Source: Thiobacillaceae bacterium (GTDB lineage: Bacteria; Pseudomonadota; Gammaproteobacteria; Burkholderiales; Thiobacillaceae). Taken from it: 39,694 bases of DNA. The position numbers and the translations under genes were made by a program. The stretch lies in NCBI GenBank assembly GCA_046292095.1, contig JBKBRS010000002.1:1-39694 (forward strand). The letters are read 5' to 3'. The notes below the pieces were generated by a model. It had not been told where the DNA came from. It searched no databases and saw nothing but the letters and a program-made list of their open reading frames with translations. Below, piece by piece: positions 39,044 through 39,694 of this stretch (position 1 is its first letter; each line of letters starts with the position of its first letter).

Positions 39044-39694
39044 TCATGCAGTCAGGGACTGCATGAACAGCGCGTCCACTTTTCTGATCACGATGACCCC
39101 TTGCCGGTATTCCAGCAAACCGGCGTCCGCCCAAGCGCGCAGCTGCTTGTTCACACTCTCGCGCGAGGCGCCGACCAGGTTGCCCAGCTCCTCCTGGGAC
39201 AGGCGCAGGCCGATCTCGATGCCGTCCGGTTCTGCCTTGCCATGCCGCTGCCCCAGGTCCAGCAGCAAGCGCGCGAGACGCGATGGCAGGTGATGAAAGC
39301 TCAGGTTCTCGACCAGGTTGTTGGTGGTGCGCAGACGCTGGCTGAGCGCTGCCAGCAGCTTGAGGGCCACGTCGGTATGCCGCTTGAGAAACTGGACGAA
39401 GTCATGCCGTCCGATCTGCAGCAAGCGGCAGTCCTCCAGGCTGGTCACCGTCGCGCTGCGGGGCGGACCATCGAGCAGCGACATCTCACCGAAAACATCC
39501 CCCGCCCCCATGAGGCTCAGGATCGCCTCCTTGCCGTCGGCCGAGAGCAGGCTGACCTTGACCTTGCCGGAGAGCAGGACATAGAGGCTGTCACCAGCCT
39601 CGCCGGAGTGGAACACAACACGGCGCGCCGGTACCTCGATGAGGCGGGCACCGCGCAACAGCTCGTCGATCTCGGCCTCGGTCATGGCCGCGAA
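39044..39694 (-). CDS. Crp/Fnr-family transcriptional regulator (N-terminus probably beyond the window end)
   Basis: cNMP-binding 'GDVFGEMSLLDGPPRSATV' and HTH 'SQEELGNLVGASRESVNKQLR'. The frame stays open to the window edge (..FAAMTEAEIDELL). Confidence 0.9.
   Translation of the reverse strand, partial: FAAMTEAEIDELLRGARLIEVPARRVVFHSGEAGDSLYVLLSGKVKVSLLSADGKEAILSLMGAGDVFGEMSLLDGPPRSATVTSLEDCRLLQIGRHDFVQFLKRHTDVALKLLAALSQRLRTTNNLVENLSFHHLPSRLARLLLDLGQRHGKAEPDGIEIGLRLSQEELGNLVGASRESVNKQLRAWADAGLLEYRQGVIVIRKVDALFMQSLTA

Overview
This is a high-GC (roughly two-thirds G+C by eye) proteobacterial chromosomal segment, mostly housekeeping and envelope genes, with no rRNA, tRNA or CRISPR that I can see. 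From left to right it contains:

- **Left edge to about 7.8 kb:** the 3' part of an IS630-family transposase cut by the window edge, then a thioredoxin-TPR protein, a GAF protein, a rhodanese, a Uma2 nuclease-fold protein and metH.
- **7.9-15.4 kb:** a VTC2/GDPGP1-like HIT phosphorylase directly upstream of yhdP, a Nit-family hydrolase and tldD.
- **15.4-19.6 kb:** an ACR3/BASS-like permease, a frameshifted THUMP-like gene, two tandem paralogous secreted proteins of unknown family, and a DUF4197 protein.
- **19.8-24.3 kb:** an envelope glycosylation cluster of a lipoprotein, a GT2 and two ArnT-like GT39 genes.
- **24.4-26.7 kb:** a lipoprotein cytochrome c, and an FKBP-like/methyltransferase fusion translationally coupled to a secreted alpha/beta hydrolase.
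- **26.7-37.5 kb:** a complete nitrate-assimilation regulon (nirBD-nasA-nasT and nrtABD-nasS). Each operon has an NtrC-type palindrome, a sigma-54 promoter and an ANTAR-type antitermination leader.
- **Right end:** a disrupted repeat-rich peptidoglycan-binding envelope gene and a Crp/Fnr-family regulator cut by the window edge.

The most unusual signals I see directly in the sequence are:

1. A 25/27 inverted repeat built of CCCCTCA/TGAGGGG heptamers exactly brackets the first ArnT-like gene. A C7 tract lies at its 5' end.
2. The tandem secreted paralogs share a Cys-containing C-terminal domain I cannot place in any family.
3. Four gene-disrupting lesions occur: three single-nucleotide frameshifts, at a G8 tract, at a C6 tract and in the THUMP-like gene, plus one in-frame TAG at a probable Trp codon. 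They suggest phase variation, gene decay or assembly error.
4. nasT and nasS are split, so each lies behind a NasT-controlled terminator.

I did not recognise a clear defence island or other obviously novel multi-gene system.
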